Source: Pseudomonadota bacterium
Lineage (GTDB): Bacteria > Desulfobacterota > Desulfobacteria > Desulfobacterales > JBDRRP01
Assembly: GCA_043825735.1 (NCBI GenBank)
Contig: JBDRRP010000086.1
Span: forward strand, 75,046 to 139,045
Direction: 5' to 3'
DNA: 64,000 nt
Shown here: in pieces, positions 55,587 to 64,000 of the stretch
Layout: each line of letters begins with the position of its first letter
How positions within the stretch are numbered: position 1 is the stretch's first letter
The notes under the pieces: model-generated
Database searches by the model: none
Told to the model about the DNA's origin: nothing
What the model saw: only the letters and a program-made list of their open reading frames with translations
Program-made: the position numbers and the translations under genes

Positions 55587-57410
55587 ATGAGAATTCGAAA
55601 TCTTCGGATATGGTGCGTGTCGATGCTGGCCGCCGTTTTCTTGAGTGCAGCGCTGCAGGGCTGCGTGACGACCGGGGATGCGCCGGCACCGGTCGCCCAA
55701 AAGCAGGAAGAAAGTGCCTTCGAAAAAGGAAAGGCCCTGTATGAGCAAGGCAATTACGAGTCGGCCCTCCCCTTGTTCACTGCAGCGGCCAAAGCCGAGC
55801 CCGCCAACTGGGTGTACTACAACTGGATCGGGTGGACGTATTACTATCTCAAGAAATACGATGAGGGGATTATTCAGTTCAAGGTGGCGAACACGCTCAA
55901 GGAAACCGGCGTAAATTACAATGGCCTCGGGCAATCCTACACAGCGCTCGAAGATTACAACGCCGCGGTGGTGAACTACAAAAAATTCGCGCAATTGGAG
56001 CCCGCGAATTGGGAGCCTTATAACCTGCTGGGATGGGCTTATTACAACCTTGGGAAATACCAAGATGGGATCGTTCAGTTCAAGATCGCAAACACCCTCA
56101 AAGAGGAGTCCGGAAACTACGCCGGTCTGGGAAAAGCAAATTGTGAGCGTGAACAGTATGAGGCTGCAAACGCCGCATTTTCCAGTGCTTTGAAAATCGC
56201 CCAAAATCAGCCGGAAAAGGATCAGCTGAACTTTGCCTGGGCCACCTGCAATGTGGCCAAAGGTGACTACCAGAAGGCCTTTGAAATCCTCGGTCAGAAG
56301 CCTTTTCTCGGGATGAGAATCGCACAGACCACCGAAGGCATAAATATCCAGGAGGTGTTTAAGGGGGCGCCCGCAGAGTTGGCAGGGCTGAAATCGGGAG
56401 ATGTGGTGATATCTTTCAACGGGCAGGGGCTGGCGGGGGTGACGGTCAAACAATTTCTTGAAGTTATTCTCGGGAAAGTGGCCTTCGGGGCTCAGGTTCC
56501 CATTCAAGTAAAACGGGGCAACGGCGTTTTCGAATCCACTGTCCAGGTCGGGATTACGCCGCAAATGGCCGAATTTAAATCCACGCCAAAACCGACGGCC
56601 CCGGTGCCGAGTGTCGCGGCAACTCCGGCGGGGATGCGCTGGGCGGTCATCATCGGGATCTCCGATTATAAGGATTCCAAGATCCCGCAACTTCGCTACG
56701 CCGCTGCCGATGCCCGCGCTTTTAAAGACTGGATCACGGCCACGGACGGCGGGCGATACGCGCCGGCCAACGTGAAACTGTTGATCGACACCGATGCCAC
56801 CGGGAGAAATATCAAGGCCGCCCTGTTTGAATGGCTCAAAAGGGCGCTGGAAGAAGACATGGTGGTCATCTATTTTGCCGGCCACGGCTCGCCCGAATCT
56901 CCCGATTCACCGGGCAACCTGTTTTTGCTCCCCTACGATACCCAGTACGACAGCATCGCCACGACCGGGTTTCCCATGTGGGACATCGAAACCGCGCTCA
57001 AACGGTATATCCGGCCGAAAAAAGTCGTGGTCATCGCCGATGCCTGCCATTCGGGCGGCGTTGGGCAGTCCTTCGACGTAGCCCGGCGCGACAGCCGCGC
57101 CGTCACCGTCAACCCGATCAGCGCGGGCATCCAGGGTTTGTCCCAAACCGGCGACGGGGTCTGCGTGATCAGCGCATCCGGAGAAAGTCAGTATTCCCAG
57201 GAAAGCCGGGAGTGGGGTGGCGGGCACGGGGTGTTCACCTACTATCTGCTGAAAGGGCTCGCCGGCGATGCCGATTACAATAAAAACGTTTCGGTGTCGC
57301 TGGGCGAGCTGACCTCGTATCTGTCCGAGCAGGTGCGGCGGGAGACGAAAAACGCGCAGAGCCCGACGGTGGCCGGCCGCTACGACCCGGCTCTGGCCAT
57401 CGGCAAATAA
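55587..57410 (+). CDS. Lipoprotein with TPR repeats, PDZ domain and caspase-like (C14) peptidase domain
   Basis: Lipobox LQGC (Cys26); duplicated EPANW..YN..GW.YY TPR units; PDZ FLGMRI...PAELAGLKSGDVVISFNG; WAVIIGISDY, FAGHG and DACHSG dyad. Confidence 0.88.
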   Translation: MRIRNLRIWCVSMLAAVFLSAALQGCVTTGDAPAPVAQKQEESAFEKGKALYEQGNYESALPLFTAAAKAEPANWVYYNWIGWTYYYLKKYDEGIIQFKVANTLKETGVNYNGLGQSYTALEDYNAAVVNYKKFAQLEPANWEPYNLLGWAYYNLGKYQDGIVQFKIANTLKEESGNYAGLGKANCEREQYEAANAAFSSALKIAQNQPEKDQLNFAWATCNVAKGDYQKAFEILGQKPFLGMRIAQTTEGINIQEVFKGAPAELAGLKSGDVVISFNGQGLAGVTVKQFLEVILGKVAFGAQVPIQVKRGNGVFESTVQVGITPQMAEFKSTPKPTAPVPSVAATPAGMRWAVIIGISDYKDSKIPQLRYAAADARAFKDWITATDGGRYAPANVKLLIDTDATGRNIKAALFEWLKRALEEDMVVIYFAGHGSPESPDSPGNLFLLPYDTQYDSIATTGFPMWDIETALKRYIRPKKVVVIADACHSGGVGQSFDVARRDSRAVTVNPISAGIQGLSQTGDGVCVISASGESQYSQESREWGGGHGVFTYYLLKGLAGDADYNKNVSVSLGELTSYLSEQVRRETKNAQSPTVAGRYDPALAIGK

Positions 57411-57469
57411 GGCGCCGCACCGCTCGCCCCTGAAGCCCAACAAATCTTGCCTGCGGCGCCGAATGGCGT

Positions 57470-57553
57470 ACCACGAAGTTCACGAAGGGCACGAAGTAAA
57501 CATTTAAAACCTTGGGCTATTATAATCTTCGTGTTCTTCGTGAACTTCGTGGT
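57470..57553. repeat. Palindromic repeat with arms of three 9-nt units (REP/REPIN-like)
   Basis: ACCACGAAG-TTCACGAAG-GGCACGAAG ... CTTCGTGTT-CTTCGTGAA-CTTCGTGGT. Confidence 0.75.
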
Positions 57554-57568
57554 GATCAAAAAGGGCAG

Positions 57569-58729
57569 TCAGACCCCACTATCCGCAGTTTCAGGTTCCG
57601 GTGCCGTGCGGATCCACTGGACGGCGATGAGCGACACCAGGCTCATGGCGGCACCGGCCAGAAAGGGGATGCGGTAGTCCACCATCCACAGCATCCCTCC
57701 CAGGGCCGGGAGCACCACGGCGGCGATGTGGTTGACGGTGAAGCCCACGGCCATGCTGGGGGCGATGTCTTCGGGCGCTCCGATTTTCTGGAAATAGGTG
57801 CGGATGGCGATGGCGAAGTTGAAAAAGATGTGATCGAGAATGTACAGCAGCGCCGCCACCGCCTTGGAATCGGTCCAGGCATAGGCCAGAAAGACCACGA
57901 TGAGACTGGCGTATTCCAGGGAGAGGACCTTTCGCTCGCCAAAGCGGAGGATGGCCCGGCCGATGGCTGGGCTCAGAAAATAGTTGATCACGTTGTTGAC
58001 GACAAACAGCAGGGTGATCTCCCGGACCGAAAACCCGAACCGGGTGACCAGCAAAAACACGGCAAAAGCGATGAAAATCTGCCGGCGCGCGCCTGCCATG
58101 AAGGTGAGAAAGTAGTAGAGTCCGTATCGGCGGCGCAGCACCAACTCTTTTCGCTGGGGCGTCAAATTCCGCTCCGTGGGGTTCGTGGAGAGCGCCCACA
58201 GCGCCGCTCCTGAAATCAACGCCCCCACCAGCACATAGGTCCCCTTGAATGCCAGCCATGGCGTGACGGTCCAGATGAGCAACCCGACACCGATGCTGGA
58301 GACGGCAGCCACGGCACGCAGGCGCCCGAACACCCACGGAGACGTGCCCTTGTCGAAGTATTGGAGGGTGAGACTCTGGTTGGTGGTTTCGTAATAGTGA
58401 AACCCGAAGCTCATGATCACGGTGGTCGCCAGCAAGCCGCTGAAGGAGGGGAAAAAACCGGTCACGCCGAGACCCGCACCCAAGGTGAGAATGGACAGGG
58501 CCGAGAGCCGGTGCTCGCTCACCAGGCGGATGACGAAGACCACCAGCAGGGTGAGAAACCCGGGGATCTCTCTCACCGACTGAATGATGCCCACATGGGC
58601 GCCGCTGAGGCCGGCCACATCCGAGGCAAAATTGTTAAACAGCGTGGTCCAGGTCTGCAGGCCCAGCGTCGAGGCAATGGTGAGCACCAAGAGGTAGCGG
58701 TACATGGCTTTTTTTTTGGCGTCTTCCAC
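57569..58729 (-). CDS. MFS transporter
   Basis: About 12 hydrophobic segments; QSVREIPGFL, RFGERKVL; GTG start at 58729 after AAGGAG. Confidence 0.85.
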   Translation of the reverse strand: MEDAKKKAMYRYLLVLTIASTLGLQTWTTLFNNFASDVAGLSGAHVGIIQSVREIPGFLTLLVVFVIRLVSEHRLSALSILTLGAGLGVTGFFPSFSGLLATTVIMSFGFHYYETTNQSLTLQYFDKGTSPWVFGRLRAVAAVSSIGVGLLIWTVTPWLAFKGTYVLVGALISGAALWALSTNPTERNLTPQRKELVLRRRYGLYYFLTFMAGARRQIFIAFAVFLLVTRFGFSVREITLLFVVNNVINYFLSPAIGRAILRFGERKVLSLEYASLIVVFLAYAWTDSKAVAALLYILDHIFFNFAIAIRTYFQKIGAPEDIAPSMAVGFTVNHIAAVVLPALGGMLWMVDYRIPFLAGAAMSLVSLIAVQWIRTAPEPETADSGV

Positions 58730-58808
58730 AGATCGGGCTCCTTGGGGCTCCAAGACAACGGGGCGAAACGCTACAGCACAATGACGTCGAAAACAAGCGC
58801 CGGGGTGC

Positions 58809-58855
58809 TTGCACAACGGCCGGATCCATTCTATAGGCTTTACGTCAACGTAAAG
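58809..58855 (+). promoter_or_regulatory. Promoter of fadH with a LiuR-like palindromic operator
   Basis: TTGCAC-N17-TATAGG followed directly by CTTTACGTCAACGTAAAG (58838-58855). Confidence 0.6.
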
Positions 58856-58899
58856 GGCATGGCCGACTTGCCGCCCCACATACCACCATGGAGGCCGTT

Positions 58900-60906
58900 A
58901 TGAACGATCCGCTGTTTGCACCCATTACCGTCAACACCCTTGAGATCAAAAACCGAATATACATGCCGGCCATGCACCTGGGCATGGGCGTGGATTTCGA
59001 GGTCACGGACCCGATCGTCGAATTTTATGCCGAGCGGGCCAGGGGCGGTGCGGGCATGATCTGCGTCGGCTATGCCACAGTGGATGAGCTTTCCGGCAAT
59101 ACCCAGAACATCGGCGCCCATGATGACCGGTTCATTCCGGGGCTCGCCCGGCTGGCCGCGGCCATTAATGAAAACGGCGCCCGCTCGGCCGTGCAGCTCA
59201 ACCACGCCGGCCGCTATAACTTTTCCTTTTTTCTCAACGGGCAGCCGCCCGTGGCGCCGTCGCCCATCGCCTCGCGCCTGACCCGCGAGACGCCCCGGGA
59301 GCTGAGTGTGGAGGATATCGGCGAGATCGTGGATCGGTTTGCGCAGGCCGCCGGACGGGTGAAAGCCGCCGGCTTCGATGCGGTGGAGGTTCTCAGCGGC
59401 ACGGGCTATCTCATCAGCGAGTTTCTCTCGCCATTGACCAACCATCGTCAGGATGCGTATGGGGGCGCGCTGGAAAACCGGATGCGCTTCGGGCTGGCAG
59501 TGATGCGCGCCATCCGCCAAACGGTGGGGCCGGACTACCCGCTCATCGTCCGTATCAACGGCAACGATTTTATGGAAGGCGGCCAGGACCCCGAGGAACT
59601 GCGCACTTATGCCGAGGCCCTGGTGGATCGGGCCGGGGTGGATGCCATCTGCGTCAACGTCGGATGGCACGAGGCCCGGGTGCCCCAGATCATCACCAGC
59701 GTGCCGAGGGGGGTGTTCGCTTATCTTGCCCGGGGAATCCGGGAGCGTGTGTCGGTGCCGGTCATTGCCAGCCACCGTATCAACGATCCGGCCACGGCCC
59801 GGGAGCTGATTGCCGACGGCATGTGCGACATGGTGGCCATGGGGCGAAGCCTCATCGCCGATCCGCGGCTACCGGAGAAAGCTCAGACCGGCCGGGAAAA
59901 AGAGATCGTCCATTGCATCGCCTGCGCCCAGGGATGCTTCGATCACCTGTTCCAGCTCAAGAGCGTCCAGTGTCTGTGCAACCCGCGGGCGGGTCGCGAG
60001 ATGGAAACACGCATCGACAAAGCCGCCGCGCCCAAATCGGTGATGGTGGTGGGCGGCGGGGCCGCCGGCATGAGCGCTGCCCTGGCCGCAGCCGAGCGGG
60101 GCCACCGGGTCACCCTTTACGAGCGTTCGATGATACTGGGCGGGCAGCTCTTTCTGGCCGCCGCCCCTCCGGGCCGGGCGGAATTTGCCGAGCTGGCCAA
60201 AGACCTGGCCACTCAGGTCGGCGCCAGCAATGTATCGGTGGTGCTCAACACCACCGTGGATGCGGCTACGCTGGCATCAGCAGCGCCCGATGCGGTCATT
60301 GTGGCCACCGGCGCCCGTCCGCTGACGCCGCCCATTCCTGGGGCGGATCTGCCCCACGTGGTGCAGGCCTGGGATGTGCTGGCCGGCAAGGTGCACACCG
60401 GGCATCGGGTGGTGGTCATCGGCGGCGGGGCGGTGGGCGTGGAGGTCTCGCTGTTTCTGGCGGAGAAAGGCACCCTTTCGCCCGAAGCGGTCAAATTTCT
60501 CCTGGTCAACCGGGCCGCACCGCCCGATGAGCTCTACCGCCTGGCCACGCAGGGGACCAAGGAAGTGGTTCTTATCGAAATGCTCGGCAAAATCGGCAAG
60601 GATATTGGCAAATCGACCCGCTGGGCCATGCTTCAGGAGGTGGACCGGGTGGGTATTAAAAGCGGCGTGGACACACGCGCCGTGGAAATCACCGCAAACG
60701 GTGTTCGGGTGGCTTCCGGCAACGGGGTGCAGGAGTTCATTTCGGCCGACACGGTGGTGATGGCTGCCGGTTCGGTATCGCACCATCCCCTGCAGGCCGC
60801 TCTTTCAAAAATCGGTATCCCGTTTCTGGTGGCAGGGGATGCGGGCACGGTGGGGCTGGCTTTTGATGCTGTTCACCAGGGCTTTGAGGCGGGACGATCC
60901 ATTTAG
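58900..60906 (+). CDS. fadH: 2,4-dienoyl-CoA reductase (NADPH), FadH-type old-yellow-enzyme/Fe-S flavoprotein
   Basis: GFDAVEVLSGTGYLISEFLSP, GWHEARVP, CIACAQGC...CLCNP, GGGAAG, GGGAVG; GGAGG RBS. Confidence 0.8.
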   Translation: MNDPLFAPITVNTLEIKNRIYMPAMHLGMGVDFEVTDPIVEFYAERARGGAGMICVGYATVDELSGNTQNIGAHDDRFIPGLARLAAAINENGARSAVQLNHAGRYNFSFFLNGQPPVAPSPIASRLTRETPRELSVEDIGEIVDRFAQAAGRVKAAGFDAVEVLSGTGYLISEFLSPLTNHRQDAYGGALENRMRFGLAVMRAIRQTVGPDYPLIVRINGNDFMEGGQDPEELRTYAEALVDRAGVDAICVNVGWHEARVPQIITSVPRGVFAYLARGIRERVSVPVIASHRINDPATARELIADGMCDMVAMGRSLIADPRLPEKAQTGREKEIVHCIACAQGCFDHLFQLKSVQCLCNPRAGREMETRIDKAAAPKSVMVVGGGAAGMSAALAAAERGHRVTLYERSMILGGQLFLAAAPPGRAEFAELAKDLATQVGASNVSVVLNTTVDAATLASAAPDAVIVATGARPLTPPIPGADLPHVVQAWDVLAGKVHTGHRVVVIGGGAVGVEVSLFLAEKGTLSPEAVKFLLVNRAAPPDELYRLATQGTKEVVLIEMLGKIGKDIGKSTRWAMLQEVDRVGIKSGVDTRAVEITANGVRVASGNGVQEFISADTVVMAAGSVSHHPLQAALSKIGIPFLVAGDAGTVGLAFDAVHQGFEAGRSI

Positions 60907-60918
60907 GATGCAGCAGGA

Positions 60919-61086
60919 TCAGGGAACGCGTCGGTCGGGTTGGCCTTTACGGCGACGGATGACATCGCCGCTGCCGCCGGTGGTGCGGGGAGGCTTGGGC
61001 TGCTTTTCCTTTTCCTGGTTCAGCTCGCGCTCCAGCAGTGACTGCAGCATCTCTTCCAGTTTTTTCTTTTTAGCTTCGTCCATCAT
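60919..61086 (-). CDS. Small basic hypothetical protein (55 aa)
   Basis: Below the ORF-track cutoff: MMDEAKKKKLEEMLQSLLERELNQEKEKQPKPPRTTGGSGDVIRRRKGQPDRRVP; protein-like composition, fills the gap downstream of fadH. Confidence 0.5.
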   Translation of the reverse strand: MMDEAKKKKLEEMLQSLLERELNQEKEKQPKPPRTTGGSGDVIRRRKGQPDRRVP

Positions 61087-61431
61087 CGGGCTCGTTGCGT
61101 GACGGTTGCCGTGCGTGCTGCAACCGTGATCGCAATTGTCGGAGGTGAGTTCAAAGATAGGGTCCGTATCGGGGTCCTGTCTACTTATTCGTCCATTTAG
61201 CGAAAATCTTTAGCAGGGTTCGAGTCGATTCGGGCGTCGTTGCCGGTCCGTCTTGCAAAGCCAGCGCTTTGGCTTATGTTTATATTCATAAAAAATCAAC
61301 CGTCAACCGGGTCGTGGCAGCAGAAAAATCCTTAAGGCGCCGATTGAGCGCCCTATCGCATGCGATTGCCCGCCACGATCGTACATAAATCCGCCCTGTT
61401 GGGCGGGGTGCCACAGGTAAGGGGGTGCTCT

Positions 61432-62409
61432 ATGAATTACGCCATACGAATCCATGCCACCGGTGGCCCGGAAGTCCTTTCCTGGGAGGCCATCGACCCA
61501 GGGACACCCGCGCCGGGCGAGGCCCTGGTGCGGCATGCCGCCATCGGGCTCAATTATATTGACGTGTACCACCGCACCGGGCTTTACCCGCTGCCGGCAC
61601 TTCCCGCAATCCCCGGCATGGAAGGCGCCGGTGTTGTCGCCGCCGTCGGCGATGGGGTGCTGGAAGTGGCCGTGGGCGACCGGGTGGCCTATGCGGGTCT
61701 GCCCCCTGGCGCCTACGCGCAGTCGCGCTGCATGCCGGCCCACCGGCTGGTGAAGCTGCCCGATGTCATCGGATTCGAGCAGGCAGCGGCCATGATGCTT
61801 CAGGGCATGACGGCGCGCTACCTTCTGTACGGCTGCTACCCGGTGTCAAGCGGCGACACCGTTCTGATCCATGCCGCCGCCGGAGGCGTTGGATCCATCG
61901 TCGTCCAGTGGGCTCGTCATCTGGGCGCCACCGTCATCGGAACGGTTGGCTCGGAGGAAAAGGCGGCCTTGGCAGCCGCCAATGGCTGCCATCATCCGAT
62001 TCTTTACAACCGGGAGGACTGGGTGGCCCGGGTCCGGGACCTCACCGGTGGAAAAGGCGTCGATGTGGTCTACGACTCGGTGGGAAAGGCCACCTTTTTT
62101 AAATCCCTGGACTGCCTGCGCCCCATGGGGATGATGGTGTCTTTCGGCCAGTCCTCGGGAGGCGTTCCCGCGGTGGATCTCCAGTTGCTGGCCGCCAAGG
62201 GCTCTTTGTTTCTCACCCGCCCCAGCCTTATGGCCTACACTGCCAACCGCGCGGATCTGCTGGCCCATGCGGCGGATCTTTTCGATGTTGTGACCAGCGG
62301 GGCGGTCTCCATCGCCGTGCGGCAGACCTATCCACTGAAAGCCGCGGCTCAGGCCCATGCGGATCTGGAAGCCCGGCGGACCACCGGTTCCACCATCTTG
62401 CTGCCCTGA
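61432..62409 (+). CDS. qor: NADPH:quinone oxidoreductase (zeta-crystallin / MDR family)
   Basis: GGPEVL, GLNYIDVYHRTGLY, PGMEGAG, HAAAGGVG, GVDVVYDSVG, TTGSTIL. Confidence 0.92.
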   Translation: MNYAIRIHATGGPEVLSWEAIDPGTPAPGEALVRHAAIGLNYIDVYHRTGLYPLPALPAIPGMEGAGVVAAVGDGVLEVAVGDRVAYAGLPPGAYAQSRCMPAHRLVKLPDVIGFEQAAAMMLQGMTARYLLYGCYPVSSGDTVLIHAAAGGVGSIVVQWARHLGATVIGTVGSEEKAALAAANGCHHPILYNREDWVARVRDLTGGKGVDVVYDSVGKATFFKSLDCLRPMGMMVSFGQSSGGVPAVDLQLLAAKGSLFLTRPSLMAYTANRADLLAHAADLFDVVTSGAVSIAVRQTYPLKAAAQAHADLEARRTTGSTILLP

Positions 62410-62461
62410 GGGTGTTTATAGGACAACGTTTTGGGAGAGGATCCGCAATTGTGAAGAGACA

Positions 62462-63178
62462 CTACCTCAGCGTGGGCATCTGGGACATCTCCTGGAGAAT
62501 GCGCCGGTAGCGCTCGGCGGCTTGTCCGGAAAGCAACACCGGCGACCACTTTCGGGGGTTGGGCAAGATGGCGGCCAGTCGGGCGGCCTCATCCCTGTCC
62601 AGCCGGTCGGCCGGTTTTTTGAAATACATCCAGGCGGCGGCCTCCGCCCCCATGATACCCTCTCCCCAGTCCACGGTGTTGAGATACATTTCAAGGATGC
62701 GGCGTTTGGACCACACCGCTTCGATCAGGACCGTGTAATACGATTCAGCGGCTTTTCTCAGCAGGGTGCGGCTCTGCGGTAAAAACACCGTTCGCGCCGT
62801 CTGCATGCTGATGGTGCTTGCTCCCCTGAGGCGTTCGCCGGCGGCCATTTCTTCGACGGCATTCTTCAGCTCGATGACGTCAAACCCCCGGTGCTGAAGA
62901 AAACGCTGATCCTCTCCGGCAAAAACGGCCTGTTGAAGCTGCGGGTTGATGCGCTCCAGCGGCCGCCATACATAGGCCGGCGGCCGGGCATCGGGAACGC
63001 CGGCTGCCTGGAGGGCCCGCGCCCATGCGGTTCGGGCGGTAAACGGCGGATTTACGGTGCGCAGCAGCAGCACCTGCCCCACCGTCAGCAGCAGGGCCGC
63101 CACGATGCTGATTGCCACCGCGATGAACAATCGATGATACCACGCGCGCGTCTTTTTTTTAATTTTCCGTTTGGCCAT
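62462..63178 (-). CDS. mtgA: Monofunctional peptidoglycan transglycosylase
   Basis: EDQRF..H.GFD, RGASTISMQTAR, RKAAE, SKRRILEMYLN. Confidence 0.92.
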   Translation of the reverse strand: MAKRKIKKKTRAWYHRLFIAVAISIVAALLLTVGQVLLLRTVNPPFTARTAWARALQAAGVPDARPPAYVWRPLERINPQLQQAVFAGEDQRFLQHRGFDVIELKNAVEEMAAGERLRGASTISMQTARTVFLPQSRTLLRKAAESYYTVLIEAVWSKRRILEMYLNTVDWGEGIMGAEAAAWMYFKKPADRLDRDEAARLAAILPNPRKWSPVLLSGQAAERYRRILQEMSQMPTLR

Positions 63179-63505
63179 AGGATGTCAGCTTATTTCTAAA
63201 TGCACCCGGTATCGCACGGGCATCAGCGTGTTCGTGGTATCCGGCATGCTGGTCCTTGGGTGGCGGTTGGTTTCTGAAATGAGTTTTGAGCTGACTATAC
63301 CAGAACCCCGGTGTTTTATGAAGCACTGTCGGCCTTTACGGGTAAAGACAGAACGCTTCGGAAAACCGCAAGAATCGGGTTGCCGGGGCGGGCGCGATGG
63401 CTTATCAGAAAGACTTTAAACGCCAATCGATTGCCGTCGGCGGGCTGGGTTGAACCCGCATCAGCGAGGGTATTGCCCCGTAGTTTGCCGGGGGGGAGGG
63501 CAAAT

Positions 63506-63625
63506 TAGTGCCCATCCATAAATACCCCGCCCCTTGCGGAAGGGGGCAGGGCGGGTTGTCACCCTCACCCCGGCCCTCTCCCATCAAGGAAGAGGGAGCA
63601 AGCGGCTTCCCATGGATGCACACAA
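63506..63625. mobile_element. MITE-like element sharing the 14543-type terminus, enclosing a CCCTCACCCCGGCCCTCTCCC REP-like hairpin
   Basis: TAGTGCCCATCCATAAA left end; degenerate right end ATGGATGCACACAA; CAAATTAG repeated at both borders. Confidence 0.5.
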
Positions 63626-63671
63626 ATTAGAATACCGGCCTAAGTGACGCCACTAATGGGGAAAATTTATC

Positions 63672-64000
63672 ATGACCACCATGGAGCAGCTCTGTGACGA
63701 CTACCAGCGTGTGGAAAAAGCCATCGCCTATCTGGAAAGTCACGTGGCACGGCAACCCTCGCTGACGGATATCGCCGCCAGTGTTCACCTCAGCGAGTAC
63801 CACTTCCAGCGTCTGTTCAGCCGCTGGACCGGCATCAGCCCCAAACGGTTTCTGCAGTTTCTGACCGCAGAGTATGCCAAGTCCCTTCTCAATGAATCCC
63901 CCAATGTGCTGGATGCGGCTTTTGATGCGGGGCTGTCCGGGTCCGGGCGCCTTCACGATCTTTTGGTCGTCTGCGAGGCGGTCACGCCGGGGGACGTGCG
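63672..64000 (+). CDS. AraC-HTH / methylated-DNA-protein-cysteine methyltransferase (Ada-like), N-terminal part (runs off the window edge)
   Basis: Manual translation: MTTMEQLCDDYQRVEKAIAYL...QPSL..IAASVHLSEYHFQRLFSRWTGISPKRFLQFLT...GLSGSGRLHDL...EAVTPG. Confidence 0.85.
   Translation, partial: MTTMEQLCDDYQRVEKAIAYLESHVARQPSLTDIAASVHLSEYHFQRLFSRWTGISPKRFLQFLTAEYAKSLLNESPNVLDAAFDAGLSGSGRLHDLLVVCEAVTPGDV

Noticed and set aside
1..64000. tRNA, rRNA or prophage genes
   Set aside because: No cloverleaf, rRNA-like tract, integrase or phage structural gene was recognised by eye; tRNAscan-SE would confirm.

Overview
GC-rich anaerobe chromosome window. The gene content (Hdr-like flavoproteins, ORP-type Fe-S ATPase cluster, sigma54 activator, many PAS kinases) suggests a Desulfobacterota sulfate reducer; this is inferred, not shown. 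The core is a ~23 kb redox locus (10.4-33.8 kb). On the minus strand is a DUF134/NifX-like/MinD-Fe-S-ATPase/NifU ('ORP'-type) cluster. Divergent from it are a REC-kinase and a PAS-PAS sigma54 activator, then a sigma54-type promoter driving REC, HdrL-like, MvhD, FdhB-like, a tandem HdrA-like protein, HdrC, HdrB, a heme-c/PAS sensor kinase and a second REC-kinase. The most striking observation is that the tandem HdrA-like enzyme (25142-28588) carries an intact response-regulator receiver domain inside its flavin module, while the locus has three kinases and no DNA-binding response regulator. This is a candidate system for direct phosphorylation control of an electron-bifurcating-type complex. 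The rest of the window holds pabA/pabB with a structured leader, a TetR-RND efflux unit, an AT-rich islet with an attC-like remnant and a VapBC-type pair, pyk, an FMO, a Y1 (HUH) transposase between 24-bp inverted repeats, htpG, a TRAP transporter, a TPR-PDZ-caspase lipoprotein, fadH, qor, mtgA and several families of short palindromic repeats/MITEs. No rRNA, tRNA or CRISPR array was seen. All calls come from reading motifs by eye; no database searches were run.
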